Shown: one piece after another, positions 47,121-57,388 of the stretch
How positions within the stretch are numbered: position 1 is the first letter of the stretch
Layout of the letters: the number at the start of each line of letters is the position of its first letter
From: Candidatus Doudnabacteria bacterium
GTDB taxonomy: Bacteria > Patescibacteriota > JAQUNI01
DNA length: 64,000 nt
NCBI GenBank assembly: GCA_041644975.1
Contig: JBAZQX010000004.1
Location: 9,189 to 73,188, forward strand
Direction: 5' to 3'
Made by a program: the position numbers and the translations under genes
The notes under the pieces: model-generated
Databases searched by the model: none
What the model saw: only the letters and a program-made list of their open reading frames with translations
Told to the model about the DNA's origin: nothing

Positions 47121-47477
47121 AAACTATGTAAAATAGCCTCTTTAATAGAAGGGGCTGAGGACGATTTTATAACCCAAGGATTAGATACTAACGTGTCTTT
47201 TTCTTTGGGTGGGGATAGCCATATAAGAACCATTAAACAGGACATGTGGCTCCCTCCAGATAAAAGAGTCTATCCAGTGCTTTTGATGGGATTGATGAAA
47301 GCTACATCCATGCCGCAACCCTAAAAGTTGCGGATTTTTTTATAAAAATTGAAATATGATTTTTTACGATGCAATTTCCCAAACACTTGCTCTGTGATTA
47401 ATTTTCTGCTTTAATATAAACAGGTTTGTTCCTGAACGCACCCTTAATGCACCTTGAATATCTTCAGGAGGTAGAAA

Positions 47478-47753
47478 ATGGCGGAAGGTTTAAATTTAAA
47501 ACTAAGCCCTGTTCAAAGCTTAACAGTAAGATTAATTGCTGGAAAAGAAAATATGACAGGAGAAGAAATAATAACTGTCGCTCTAAACCTATATGAAACC
47601 GTACAGGGTGAGCTAGACTCATCACCTGACCGAGTAGCCTTAGCATTAGTGAAAAACAATGGAGAAGTTTATAAGGAAATAATCCTCCCTAACCATATTC
47701 CAATACTACCCGCTCATACCAATATAATTTCAATACAAAAAACATCATCTTAA
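47478..47753 (+). CDS. Small hypothetical protein, tandem paralog 1
   Basis: SD AGGAGGT. LALVKNNGEVYKEIILPNH parallels LALVSPRFRIRKEIVLPRH of the next gene. Confidence 0.5.
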   Translation: MAEGLNLKLSPVQSLTVRLIAGKENMTGEEIITVALNLYETVQGELDSSPDRVALALVKNNGEVYKEIILPNHIPILPAHTNIISIQKTSS

Positions 47754-47766
47754 AGGAGGTTTAGTA

Positions 47767-48042
47767 ATGTCAGAGTTGAGTATCACATTTAGTAAGAACT
47801 GGAGCGCCGAGATAAAAAGAATGGCTGAAAAAAGGGGAATAGAACCAAAAAACTTGATTTTAGACGCGCTGACTGTACTATCAGTCTTAGAAGAAGAACT
47901 AGCTTCTGGAGAGGGAAAACAAGGTTTAGCTTTAGTAAGCCCCCGTTTCCGAATCAGAAAAGAAATAGTGCTTCCCCGTCATTCCTCTAAACTATTAACA
48001 CAGAATTCGCTTACAATAGGGCCCACGCTCGCCGTAGACTAA
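47767..48042 (+). CDS. Small hypothetical protein, tandem paralog 2
   Basis: SD AAAGGAGG. Paralogous to 47478-47753. Confidence 0.5.
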   Translation: MSELSITFSKNWSAEIKRMAEKRGIEPKNLILDALTVLSVLEEELASGEGKQGLALVSPRFRIRKEIVLPRHSSKLLTQNSLTIGPTLAVD

Positions 48043-48067
48043 AAATCTACGGTTTTTTTTTATTCTA

Positions 48068-48153
48068 CTAGACCCCTCCCCAGCCTCCCGTAGGTCAAGG
48101 GGAGGAAAATTTTCACTCCCCCTTGCCAAGGGGGAGAAAAGAGGGGGTCTTTC
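48068..48153. repeat. RPE-like palindromic element, intergenic copy
   Basis: tagacccctccccagcctcccgtaggtcaaggggaggaaaattttcactcccccttgccaagggggagaaaagagggggtctttc. Confidence 0.8.
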
Positions 48154-49439
48154 TACCTCTTGATCTCTTTGAACCCACAATATTTTTGCAAAACCTTGGG
48201 CACTTCAATAGAACAGTCTTCGCGCTGATAATTTTCCATAATCGCAATTAAAGCCCTGCCAATCGCAATAGCAGTGGAATTGATGGTATGGACAAATTTT
48301 TTATTCCCTTTCTCGTCTTTGTATTTGATATTCAGGCGGCGCGCTTGGAAATCCGTGTCGTGGCTCGCCGAAACTACCTCGCGGTAACAACCCTCTGACG
48401 GCAGCCAAGCTTCCAAGTCAATTTTTTTAGCATTAGGCGCGCCCAGATCGCCGGTTGCGATATTCACTGCTTGATAATGAATTCCCAAGCCCTGCCAAAT
48501 TTCTTCTACGGTTTTGACAATCATTTTATAAACTTGCCACGAATCTTCTTGCGTAGCGAACGCGAACATTTCCAGTTTATCAAATTGATGCCCCCGCAAA
48601 ATTCCTTTTAAATCCTTGCCATAAGCGCCAGCCTCCCGCCGAAAGCAAGACGAAAAACCCGTATAAAGTTTTGGTTTCCCGGGGGCTAGCCCCAAAATCT
48701 CGTCCATATGATACGCTGCAAGCACAACCTCGGCGGTGCCAATCAAATATAATTTTTCTTTTTCATCACCCGTGAGCTCATAAATTTCATTTTTATCCGC
48801 GGGGAAGAAGCCTGTGCCATACATCGCAGCCTCGCGCACGAGCATAGGCGGCAGGATCGGAGTAAAACCTTTTTTAATTAAAATATCCAAAACATATTGT
48901 ATAAGAGCAAATTCCAGGCTCACAAGCTCGTTTTTTAGATACCAAAAACGGGCGCCTGAAACCTGCGCGCCTTTTTCAATATCTATTAAATCCAAAGCCT
49001 CCCCCAATTCATAATGAGATTTGGGTTTAAAATCAAACTTTGATGGCTCTCCCCATTTATGATCCACCGCGTTGCCGGAAGCATCCGGCGCCACTGGCAC
49101 AGAATGATCTGAAAGATTAGGAAATTGATCTAATAAAATTTTGATTTCTGCTTCTTTCTCCTTTAATTTTTCCTTTAACCCTTTTTCAAACTCACTCTTT
49201 TTCTGTATTCTCTGAATCATTTTCTGACGCTCCTTTTCATCTTCAATTTTCACTATTTTACGGGAAAATTCATTCTTAGCTTGTTCGTGTTTATTTTTTA
49301 TACCAATCAGATTCCTCCGTATTTTGTCCAATTCTAAAAATTCATCCACTTTTTCTGATGGCATTGCCTTTAAATGGCGATTTTTAAATTCCGTCCGCCA
49401 GAGATCTGGCTGTTCGCGCAATAATTTTATATCAATCAT
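48153..49439 (-). CDS. serS: Serine--tRNA ligase
   Basis: N-terminal coiled coil, class II motifs (FRRE, GxGxGxxR), 428 aa. Confidence 0.9.
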   Translation of the reverse strand: MIDIKLLREQPDLWRTEFKNRHLKAMPSEKVDEFLELDKIRRNLIGIKNKHEQAKNEFSRKIVKIEDEKERQKMIQRIQKKSEFEKGLKEKLKEKEAEIKILLDQFPNLSDHSVPVAPDASGNAVDHKWGEPSKFDFKPKSHYELGEALDLIDIEKGAQVSGARFWYLKNELVSLEFALIQYVLDILIKKGFTPILPPMLVREAAMYGTGFFPADKNEIYELTGDEKEKLYLIGTAEVVLAAYHMDEILGLAPGKPKLYTGFSSCFRREAGAYGKDLKGILRGHQFDKLEMFAFATQEDSWQVYKMIVKTVEEIWQGLGIHYQAVNIATGDLGAPNAKKIDLEAWLPSEGCYREVVSASHDTDFQARRLNIKYKDEKGNKKFVHTINSTAIAIGRALIAIMENYQREDCSIEVPKVLQKYCGFKEIKR

Positions 49440-49463
49440 AGTTTTATCTTTATAACGTGAATA

Positions 49464-51581
49464 TTAAAGTCCTAAATTTTGAGATATATCTTGCATCGCC
49501 CGAAGGCCGATTTGAATGAATTCTTCCAGCACAAGACCAAAAGATTCGCAGGAAGCAATCACTTCGCGTCTAGCGCCTTGGGCGAAAGATTTTTCTTTAA
49601 ATCTCTTTAAGACAGATTGCGCCGATAAATCGGATAATTTTTTCGATGGCAAAACCAAGGTGGCAGCCACAATCAAACCAGTCAAAGGATCCACGGCATA
49701 AATCGCTTTTTCCATTAAGGTTTTGCGAGGTGCGCCGCATTGATCATTATGCGCCTTGATGCCAGCTAAAATTACGGGATGCACTCCTTCTTGCTCTAAA
49801 ATCCCCGCGGTGGTCGGACCGTGTTTTTCCGGCGTTTCACGATAGTCAAACATCTCCATATCTAGGTCGTGCAGAAGACCAGTAAGCCCCCAGACTTCCT
49901 CATTCTTTTGAAAATGCTTGGCGAGAGCGCGCATTATCGCTTCCGTTGCCAACATATGTTTGCGCGAATTTTCATTCTTTACATATTGGCAAACCAAATC
50001 CCAAGCTTTGGCGCGCGTAATCCCTGACTTAACTGCCTCCTCGTTTTGAGTGGGCGCTTTTGTCGCTGGACAGACCTTCTGCGTATTTAATGGTCTCATT
50101 AGAGGAAAGAACACTGCCTCACGGATGCTCGGAGCGTTGGTTAAAAACATTACCAGACGATCCACCCCCATCCCCCAGCCCGCGATCGGCGGCATTCCGT
50201 ATTCCATCGCCCGCACATAATCTTCATCCATCATATGCGCCTCCGCGTCCCCCGCTTCCCGCATTTCAACCTGTTCCTCAAAACGCCTACGCTGCTCCAA
50301 AGGATCAACTAACTCGGAATAAGCATTGACTAATTCCTGCCCTAAAACCACTAGCTGAAAACGATCCACAATCTTTGGATTCTGATCGTTTCTGCGCGCC
50401 AAGGGCGATAATTCAATGGGATGACCGGTTAGAAAAAGAGGACCCTTAATTTTCGGCCGCGAAACCTTTTTATATAATTGATCCACTAAACCCCCAAAGC
50501 CTAATTTGCCAAGGTCTTCAATTTCAATTTTTTTCTTCTGTATTTCCTTTCTAAGCTTCTCCGCGGTATCAGCCTTGTTAATATCAATGCCGCAATCTTC
50601 CAAAATCAAGCTTCTAAAATTTTTTTTCTGCCAAGGAGGAGTAAAATCTATTTTCTCGCCTTGGTAATCAATTTGCAAGGTTCCGAAAACGCGGTTTAAG
50701 AGATAAACCAACATCTCTTCAGTTTGCGCCATCAAAAATTCATAATTTTTGTAAGCCCAATAAAATTCCAGCATCGTAAAATCTTGAAGATGGGCGGTGT
50801 CCATTCCTTCATTGCGAAAAACCCGCGCCATCTCAAAAACCTTTTCCAAACCGCCCACAATTAAGCGCTTCAAATATGTTTCCGGCGCAATCCTTAAATA
50901 CAAGGGAATCTGCAGGGCTTCGTGCTCTGTAATGAAAGGCCGCGCGAGCGCGCCCGAAGCCTTGGTTTGAAGCACTGGCGTCTCCACCTCCAAAAAACCC
51001 CTCTCTGTTAGAAAATCACGCAGGGCATCGCAGATCTCCGCGCGCTTCCGAAAACGCTCACGCACTTCTGGATGAACAAGCAGATCCAAATAACGTTCCC
51101 GAAATCTGATCTCTTGATTAGAGAGGCCTTTCCATTTTTCCGGCAGAGGACGGATGGATTTAGCGAGAATTTTATAATCGGAAACAAGGAGGGTTCTTTC
51201 CCCTTTTTGGGTGACAAAAACGGTTCCTTGGAGTTCAATAAAGTCGCCAATGTCAAAATTTTTAAAGAATTTGTATTTCTCCGGACCTAAAATGTCTTGT
51301 TTAAGATAGGCTTGGATTCTGCCGCTTTCATCATCAATATGGATAAAGGTAGAGCCGCCGTGTCCGCGAATGCCGCGTATACGCCCCGCGACCACGATCT
51401 CGCCTTTTTCCTTTTCTATGGCTTCAAAATCATCCAGTATCCTCCCTATTGTATGCGTCCGACGCGAAGAATCAGGGTAAGGATTGATTTCGACCTTTAA
51501 AATTTTATTCAATTTTTCTTTGCGATTTTGGATTAAATCTTGAAGCATATATTTTATTATACCTTGAATTACAAAATTCAT
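49464..51581 (-). CDS. lysS: Lysine--tRNA ligase (class II) fused to a C-terminal YqeK-like HD phosphohydrolase domain
   Basis: LysRS core: anticodon-binding OB, FRNEGMDTAHLQDFTMLEFY, GMPPIAGWGMGVDRL. C-terminal 200 aa: HMLATEAIMRALAKHF…GLTGLLHDLD (H…HD motif). Confidence 0.8.
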   Translation of the reverse strand: MNFVIQGIIKYMLQDLIQNRKEKLNKILKVEINPYPDSSRRTHTIGRILDDFEAIEKEKGEIVVAGRIRGIRGHGGSTFIHIDDESGRIQAYLKQDILGPEKYKFFKNFDIGDFIELQGTVFVTQKGERTLLVSDYKILAKSIRPLPEKWKGLSNQEIRFRERYLDLLVHPEVRERFRKRAEICDALRDFLTERGFLEVETPVLQTKASGALARPFITEHEALQIPLYLRIAPETYLKRLIVGGLEKVFEMARVFRNEGMDTAHLQDFTMLEFYWAYKNYEFLMAQTEEMLVYLLNRVFGTLQIDYQGEKIDFTPPWQKKNFRSLILEDCGIDINKADTAEKLRKEIQKKKIEIEDLGKLGFGGLVDQLYKKVSRPKIKGPLFLTGHPIELSPLARRNDQNPKIVDRFQLVVLGQELVNAYSELVDPLEQRRRFEEQVEMREAGDAEAHMMDEDYVRAMEYGMPPIAGWGMGVDRLVMFLTNAPSIREAVFFPLMRPLNTQKVCPATKAPTQNEEAVKSGITRAKAWDLVCQYVKNENSRKHMLATEAIMRALAKHFQKNEEVWGLTGLLHDLDMEMFDYRETPEKHGPTTAGILEQEGVHPVILAGIKAHNDQCGAPRKTLMEKAIYAVDPLTGLIVAATLVLPSKKLSDLSAQSVLKRFKEKSFAQGARREVIASCESFGLVLEEFIQIGLRAMQDISQNLGL

Positions 51582-51819
51582 TTTGGTCTATTAGCGAGGG
51601 AGGCATTTGATGCCGACCGAAGCCCGCCCGCCTCGCCTGAAGCGAAGCTTGTGAGCGGGCAGGCAATCTCCTAAATCTGTATAAATACAGCTCGATGAGA
51701 TTGCGGAGCCTGTCCCGAGCGGAAGCGAAGGATCTGACTTAAAGGGCCCTCCTCGCAATGACGACGCATTTCGCAATTCAAGGTCTTTAATATATTATAT
51801 CAAAAATCATAAATTTCAC

Positions 51820-51855
51820 CAAACAAAAACAGAGACGCAAAATTTCACGTCTCTA
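51820..51855 (-). terminator. Intrinsic terminator after greA (agagacg…cgtctct + T-run on minus strand)
   Basis: 7-bp stem, GTTTTTGTTT on the minus strand. Confidence 0.5.
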
Positions 51856-51880
51856 CGCATAAAATATTCATCATCCCTCC

Positions 51881-52339
51881 CTAAGATATTTCCAAAATTT
51901 TGTATTCTATCTTGCCACCCGGCGTCTCCACCTCTACTGTATCTCCCTTTTTCTTACCAAGGAGCGCCTGACCAATCGGGCTTTCATTAGAAATCTTCCC
52001 CAACGGAGGGTCAGCCTCATTGGAGCCGACAATGGTAAATTCTTTCTCGCTGGTATTATTTTTCACCTTCACGCTGTTTCCCACTTCCACAATATTATGC
52101 TGACCACTTTTATCAATAATAACCGCATTTTTGATCATATTTTCAATCTCTATGATCTTTCCTTCGTTAAAAGCCTGTTCATCCTTTGCGTCTTGATATT
52201 CCGCGTTTTCGGAAAGATCGCCCAATTCCTTGGCTACTTTAATCCGATTGGCAATTTCTCTTCTTTTGACTGTCTTGATAAACTCTAATTTTTCTTTTAA
52301 TTTTTTGAGCCCTTCGGCAGTAATATATTTCTTGGTCAT
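51881..52339 (-). CDS. greA: Transcription elongation factor GreA
   Basis: MTKKYITAEGLKKLKEKLE…ENAEYQDAKDEQ… coiled-coil + FKBP-like C-terminus. Confidence 0.85.
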   Translation of the reverse strand: MTKKYITAEGLKKLKEKLEFIKTVKRREIANRIKVAKELGDLSENAEYQDAKDEQAFNEGKIIEIENMIKNAVIIDKSGQHNIVEVGNSVKVKNNTSEKEFTIVGSNEADPPLGKISNESPIGQALLGKKKGDTVEVETPGGKIEYKILEIS

Positions 52340-52728
52340 ATTTTGTAAGTTTTTTAAAATGCGCTTACGCACTATATAAGCACATTTCTAGAGTTCTCTA
52401 TTTAATTTAATTATCCCCATCATAATAATCCAAGAAAAAGGCGATGTCAAGGGGATAAAAAATTTTAAAATTTAAAAATCAAAAATTAAAATAACAAATC
52501 AAAATGTTAAAATTATTTTGGGAATTCAGAGTTCTCGCCCGCTTATACCTAAGCATAGCGATGGCGAGCGGGCATCCTTTTCACCTTTTTCCAGTGACCA
52601 CCCGGGAGGCGTGGCAAAACCCTATAAAAAACCTCGGTTTTAAAACCATAAATGGTGAATTCTCAAAAAACGTAATTCATTTCAAAATTTTACATTGTCT
52701 CGCTTCGCGAGATCTCGCAAAGCGATGA

Positions 52729-53553
52729 TCATTTTGCATTTTGATTTTTACATTTTACATTATTTACCAGTTCTACCAGATTCATAAGAAGCATCATCAC
52801 AGTCATTGGTCCGACGCCGCCCGGCACAGGCGCCAGAAAAGAAGCTTTTTTCTTCACGCTCGCCGCTTCCACATCCCCTTGAATTTTTCCCGCCCTCCAG
52901 CTCGTACCGGCATCAATCACGACGGCTCCTCTCTTGATCATCGTCCCGCGAATTAAATTGGGTTTACCCACACCCGAAATGATAATATCAGCTTTTTTAA
53001 CTTGAGCGGCTAGAGCTTTTGTATTTTGATCGTAAACCTTTACGCTTGCGCCTAATTTTTGCATTAAACGCGCCGCCGGCTCACCCACTAATTTTCCCGC
53101 TCCCACTACCGCCACCTCGCAACCTTCCACCGCGACCTTATATTCGGCGAGGAGCGCGGCAATTCCTAAAGCCACAGGCGAGACTATGGCACGATTTTTA
53201 AAACCCTCTACGTCCATCTTCTTAGGTATACATTTCAGAACTTGATCTCTATCAATACCCTTAGGCAGGGGCAACTGCACCACTATGCCGTGAGGTTCTT
53301 TTTGTTTAATCGCCAAACGCAATATTTGGCAAATCTTTGGAGCGGGGGAAGAAGCAGGCAGGGTGACTAAGGAAAAGCTGACCCCCAAAGAATGGCAAAT
53401 TTCCTTTTTCCTGCGCACAAAAATTTGGGAGGCTCGATCATGCCCGACCATCAAAACTAAGAGGCGAGGTTTTACAGATAGACCTTTTATCTCCTTCTGA
53501 AGATAACGAAAAAATTTTTGGGCTAGTTTTTTACCATCTAAAATCTGGAACAT
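52729..53553 (-). CDS. folD: Bifunctional methylene-THF dehydrogenase/cyclohydrolase FolD
   Basis: ILDGKKLA…, VQLPLP, GAGKLVGEP, GVGKPNLI. Confidence 0.9.
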   Translation of the reverse strand: MFQILDGKKLAQKFFRYLQKEIKGLSVKPRLLVLMVGHDRASQIFVRRKKEICHSLGVSFSLVTLPASSPAPKICQILRLAIKQKEPHGIVVQLPLPKGIDRDQVLKCIPKKMDVEGFKNRAIVSPVALGIAALLAEYKVAVEGCEVAVVGAGKLVGEPAARLMQKLGASVKVYDQNTKALAAQVKKADIIISGVGKPNLIRGTMIKRGAVVIDAGTSWRAGKIQGDVEAASVKKKASFLAPVPGGVGPMTVMMLLMNLVELVNNVKCKNQNAK

Positions 53554-53629
53554 AATGTTGGGAATCAGGAATAAGGAATTATGAATTAGGAATTATGAAG
53601 CAGGAATTAAATATTTGTCTCTAATTGCT

Positions 53630-53679
53630 CTACTCACTCCTTTTCAAAAATTTCGTAATTTGTAGGACTCCTTATTCCT
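53630..53679 (-). promoter_or_regulatory. Conserved about 50-bp block (rc AGGAATAAGGAGTCCTACAAATTACGAAATTTTTGAAAAGGAGTGAGTAG) upstream of folD; near-identical copy upstream of mreB (58472-58521)
   Basis: Two copies in the same position/orientation relative to two minus-strand operon starts. Contains TTGAAA -35-like hexamer. Confidence 0.5.
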
Positions 53680-53705
53680 TATTCCTGCTTCCTGATTCAT
53701 TCTTC

Positions 53706-55631
53706 CTACTGCCTATTAAAATACCACTCTAACACATTTTTTGCGATAGGTACAGCTGCTGTTTCACCGCCGCCACCGCCCTCGACCAGAATAGTCAGCA
53801 CAATCTTAGGACGGTCATAAGGCGCAAAACCAGTAAACCAAGCATGGGTAGGCTGTCCACTGCCCGCAAATTGCGCGGTGCCTGTTTTTCCCGCTACCGC
53901 CACAGGAAGGCTATTAAGCAAACGGGCAGAACCATCGGTGACAGTTTGGCGCATACCTTGCCGCACCACCTCTAAACTTTTGCTACTAATAAAATCTTTT
54001 CGGATAATCTCAGATGGGATTTCTGTTTCTTTTTTTTCTATCTCATCAATCATCTTGCAGCCCATCTTTGGCTTGTAAAGAATCCCGCCATTCGCAATGG
54101 TAGCAATATAATTAGTAAGCTGCAATGGGCTAACTAAAATATCCCCTTGACCAATACTCACATGATAAGTGTCGCCGATGTACCATTGTTCCCCTTTGAC
54201 TTTTTCTTTCCATGCCGCATCAGGCACGAGACCCGCCGTTTCTCCCGGTAAATCCACGCCAAGAGGGACATTGAAACCGAACTTGCTGGTCCAGGCTTTT
54301 ATTCTATCTATTCCTAAACCCTCAATTCCAATGTCTTCATTCCCTCCGCCTACCGTATAAAAAAACACATTACAAGACTCGGCGATCGCGCGCCTGACAT
54401 CCACCGCGCCGTGGGCTTTCCAGTCCGGGAAATTCCAAACTGTCCCTCCCCAACCTTGGTAAGTGAGACTCCCCGGGCAATTCACCACTTGAGACGGGGT
54501 AATAATTTTCTCTTCTAAAGCGGCGGCGGCGATGAGGGGTTTAATAATGGAACCCGGGGGATATTCGCCGGAAATCGCTCGATTAAACAAAGGCTGATTA
54601 GGATCACGATTCAACTCGTTCAATTTCTCCTCGGAAATCCCTTGGGTAAAAAGGTTATTATCATAAAAAGGGAAACTGACCAGCGCTAAAATGCGTCCAT
54701 TCTCCGGATCCATAGCCACAACGGCTGCTCTTTCTGTTTTTGTTTGGGAAAGCATTGCCTTAACTTCCTCGGCAATCTTTTTTTCTAATTCTAGGTCCAA
54801 AGAGAGCTGTAAACTGCGACCCGCCTCGGGACTTTCTCGCCCTATGATCTTGGCAATTTGCCCGCGCGAATTTACCTCCGCAATCTTGCGACCATTTTTA
54901 CCTTTTAAGACTTGTTCGTAGGAATATTCTACACCTTGTTTGCCAATATAATCGGTTAAAAAGTAACCCTGTTCTTTATTTGCGGCGTATTCTTCCGGCG
55001 AAATCCTGCCGGTATAACCTATAATGTGGGCAATGAGTTCCCCGCCTAGATATTCCCGCACGGGAGAACTAAGAAGACTAATCCCTGGCAGAGAAGATAA
55101 TTTTGCGTCCAGAATTAACGCCTGTTCGCGTCCTAAATTACGCACCAAGATTTCCGGTTCATAAGAATGAGGATCCGCCTCCCTAAACGCGATTTCAATC
55201 TCTGTCGCGTCTTTCCCTAAAATCTGGGCTAAATTTTCAATAAAACTTTTTCTCTCAGGAGGAGGAGGCAAATCCGCAGGAATGAACACAACCTCGAAAT
55301 TGGGAATGTTGCGCACCAATAAGTTTCCCTTCTGATCATAAATAACGCCCCGAGGAGCCATCAGGCTTAAAGTGCGAATCCGATTGCTTTCCGCTTCCCT
55401 GGTGTAAGACTCTCCAGCTAAAATCTGCAGGGAAAAAATACGCCAACCCAAGATCAAAAAACAAATAATCACTACTAATCTTAAAAGACTCAAGCGCCCT
55501 AAGCGGAAGCGCAACTCCGCCGGCCTTAAATCATCCTCTTGCGCAAAACCTTCCTGCCCCTCCCAATCCTTCTCCGCTAAAAACTTTTCGGAAATCTTAA
55601 ATTCGGATTTTGAAAAATTAAAAAAATTCAT
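53706..55631 (-). CDS. mrdA: Penicillin-binding protein 2 (peptidoglycan D,D-transpeptidase, elongasome)
   Basis: SIIKP (SxxK), ESCN (SxN), AGKTGTA (KTG). Immediately downstream of mreBCD. Confidence 0.85.
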   Translation of the reverse strand: MNFFNFSKSEFKISEKFLAEKDWEGQEGFAQEDDLRPAELRFRLGRLSLLRLVVIICFLILGWRIFSLQILAGESYTREAESNRIRTLSLMAPRGVIYDQKGNLLVRNIPNFEVVFIPADLPPPPERKSFIENLAQILGKDATEIEIAFREADPHSYEPEILVRNLGREQALILDAKLSSLPGISLLSSPVREYLGGELIAHIIGYTGRISPEEYAANKEQGYFLTDYIGKQGVEYSYEQVLKGKNGRKIAEVNSRGQIAKIIGRESPEAGRSLQLSLDLELEKKIAEEVKAMLSQTKTERAAVVAMDPENGRILALVSFPFYDNNLFTQGISEEKLNELNRDPNQPLFNRAISGEYPPGSIIKPLIAAAALEEKIITPSQVVNCPGSLTYQGWGGTVWNFPDWKAHGAVDVRRAIAESCNVFFYTVGGGNEDIGIEGLGIDRIKAWTSKFGFNVPLGVDLPGETAGLVPDAAWKEKVKGEQWYIGDTYHVSIGQGDILVSPLQLTNYIATIANGGILYKPKMGCKMIDEIEKKETEIPSEIIRKDFISSKSLEVVRQGMRQTVTDGSARLLNSLPVAVAGKTGTAQFAGSGQPTHAWFTGFAPYDRPKIVLTILVEGGGGGETAAVPIAKNVLEWYFNRQ

Positions 55632-55695
55632 TAAAGTATAAGCCCGCTCGGCAAACGCTCTTAGCTTCCAGAGCGTGTGCGGCCCGCCCCCCTTT

Positions 55696-56220
55696 TTATT
55701 TAATTTGTTCTTCTGTCTTTAATAATACAGAATAACAATATCTTAATATCCTGTAGCCCAATACTGTCACCACTAAATTATAAAATATTGTGGGCAAAAC
55801 TAGATATTTTAAATCATAAAATAAATCTACCTGAAGATCGCTTAAACGCATCCAGCTAAAAAGTTTTACCAAAATAATTAGGGCTAAATTGTAAATTATA
55901 CTTCCTAAAATAGTCACGAGAATAATTGCGCTCACATCCCTCTCTCTGAATAACTTAAGAGATAATATTCTAATCAAGAAGATAACTAAAAGAAAACTTA
56001 GAGTTACCACCCCGAAAGGAAGACTAGAACTAAGGTCTAAAAAAAGCAAAAATGGGAAATACCATTTCAAGGTTGTCTTGACTCCGAGGGTGAGAAAACA
56101 AATTAAGAAACCAATCAAAATAAAGTTTGGCCTTGCTAACCCAATACTTAAATGAGGTCCCCAAACCAACTCTAGAAAAAATAAAAATAATAAAATCAGC
56201 AAGAAAAAAAATTTATTCAT
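55696..56220 (-). CDS. mreD: Rod shape-determining protein MreD-like (polytopic small membrane protein)
   Basis: Position after mreC, 5 TM, 174 aa. Confidence 0.55.
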   Translation of the reverse strand: MNKFFFLLILLFLFFLELVWGPHLSIGLARPNFILIGFLICFLTLGVKTTLKWYFPFLLFLDLSSSLPFGVVTLSFLLVIFLIRILSLKLFRERDVSAIILVTILGSIIYNLALIILVKLFSWMRLSDLQVDLFYDLKYLVLPTIFYNLVVTVLGYRILRYCYSVLLKTEEQIK

Positions 56221-56452
56221 AATAGTTAAGCTTGAGGCAAGATTCTCTATTCACTTTGAATTATAAAATACATTTTTTTGAGGACTTCGGGCATCCCCGC
56301 CCGAAGTTTCAGCCAAGAGCAAGATGCCCGTGGCCCTCAAAATCTATAAATCACTCCATTTCGTAATTAAAGGCTATTTAAAAAGCACTAATCACGTCTA
56401 TCCCCTTAAAACCTTTAAATCTGAAGGATTGATGGTTCGGCTTCGCTCACCA

Positions 56453-57325
56453 TCAATCCTGGAGCGTAGTCGAAGGATTGATATCCGTCACTACCAGCAC
56501 CTTTTCTAATTTTGAAAAGTTCACATAAGACCGCACTTGGGCTTTTTGAAAGAGTTCACCGCTATTACTTTCCACCTTCACAATTTCACCAATCACTAAC
56601 CCTTTGGGCAATTCGCCAGAAAGCCCGGAGGTAATGACTGTATCCCCTACCTGCACAATCTCGTTTTGGGGGATCATCTCCATTGTTAACCCCAAACCAT
56701 GCTGACCATAAATATTACCGCTTGCTCGCGAATCAATAATTAAAGCGTTCACCACACTATTTTGATCAGTAATTAATAAAACAGTCGCTGTTTTGGAAAA
56801 AACTTCAATTACCTTGCCGACCAAAAATCCTTCCCCAAAAATCACGGGCGCGCCGACCCTGACATTATCTTGCGCGCCGCGATTGATTTTTAGACTCTGA
56901 ATGAGATTATCCGGATTCCGCCCAACGACATCAGCGTCAATTCCCCTCACTCCTCCCTTCTCTTTAAATTTTAATTGATCACGTAAAAACGCGTTTTCCT
57001 TCTCTATTTCTTTCAACCTCACATTTTCCGCAATTAAACGATAGTTCTCTCCACTTAAATCTTGGTTTTCCCGCGCGAGATCTCGGATCGCCGTCAAGAG
57101 ATGAAAAAAATTATCAATCTTATTTACTGTTTTAAAAGCAGCTCTTTCCACGGGCGCGGTAACAACAAAAATCGCATTTTCTACAGGACGCAAAACTTTC
57201 ACATAATGCAAAAAAATGAGCAGTGTAATCACGCCCATTGCTAATAAAATTATACCCGACTTAGAACGAAAAAAACGAGGCATAAAATATAAACTCAAAA
57301 CGTAAAATTCAAAATTTAAAACCAC
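56453..57325 (-). CDS. mreC: Rod shape-determining protein MreC
   Basis: N-terminal TM, coiled coil, beta-rich C-terminal domain with G-rich motifs. Gene order mreB-mreC-mreD. Confidence 0.75.
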   Translation of the reverse strand: MVLNFEFYVLSLYFMPRFFRSKSGIILLAMGVITLLIFLHYVKVLRPVENAIFVVTAPVERAAFKTVNKIDNFFHLLTAIRDLARENQDLSGENYRLIAENVRLKEIEKENAFLRDQLKFKEKGGVRGIDADVVGRNPDNLIQSLKINRGAQDNVRVGAPVIFGEGFLVGKVIEVFSKTATVLLITDQNSVVNALIIDSRASGNIYGQHGLGLTMEMIPQNEIVQVGDTVITSGLSGELPKGLVIGEIVKVESNSGELFQKAQVRSYVNFSKLEKVLVVTDINPSTTLQD

Positions 57326-57388
57326 AACTTAAAACTAAAAACTTTTGAGATTTCATTAATTTTGAGATTTGAGTTTTAAGCTTTGAAT

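Noticed and set aside
52504-52728. 74-aa plus-strand ORF between greA and folD
   Set aside because: Overlaps GC-rich palindromes (gcgagatctcgc; cgcccgct…agcgggc), no SD. More likely a structured intergenic region.
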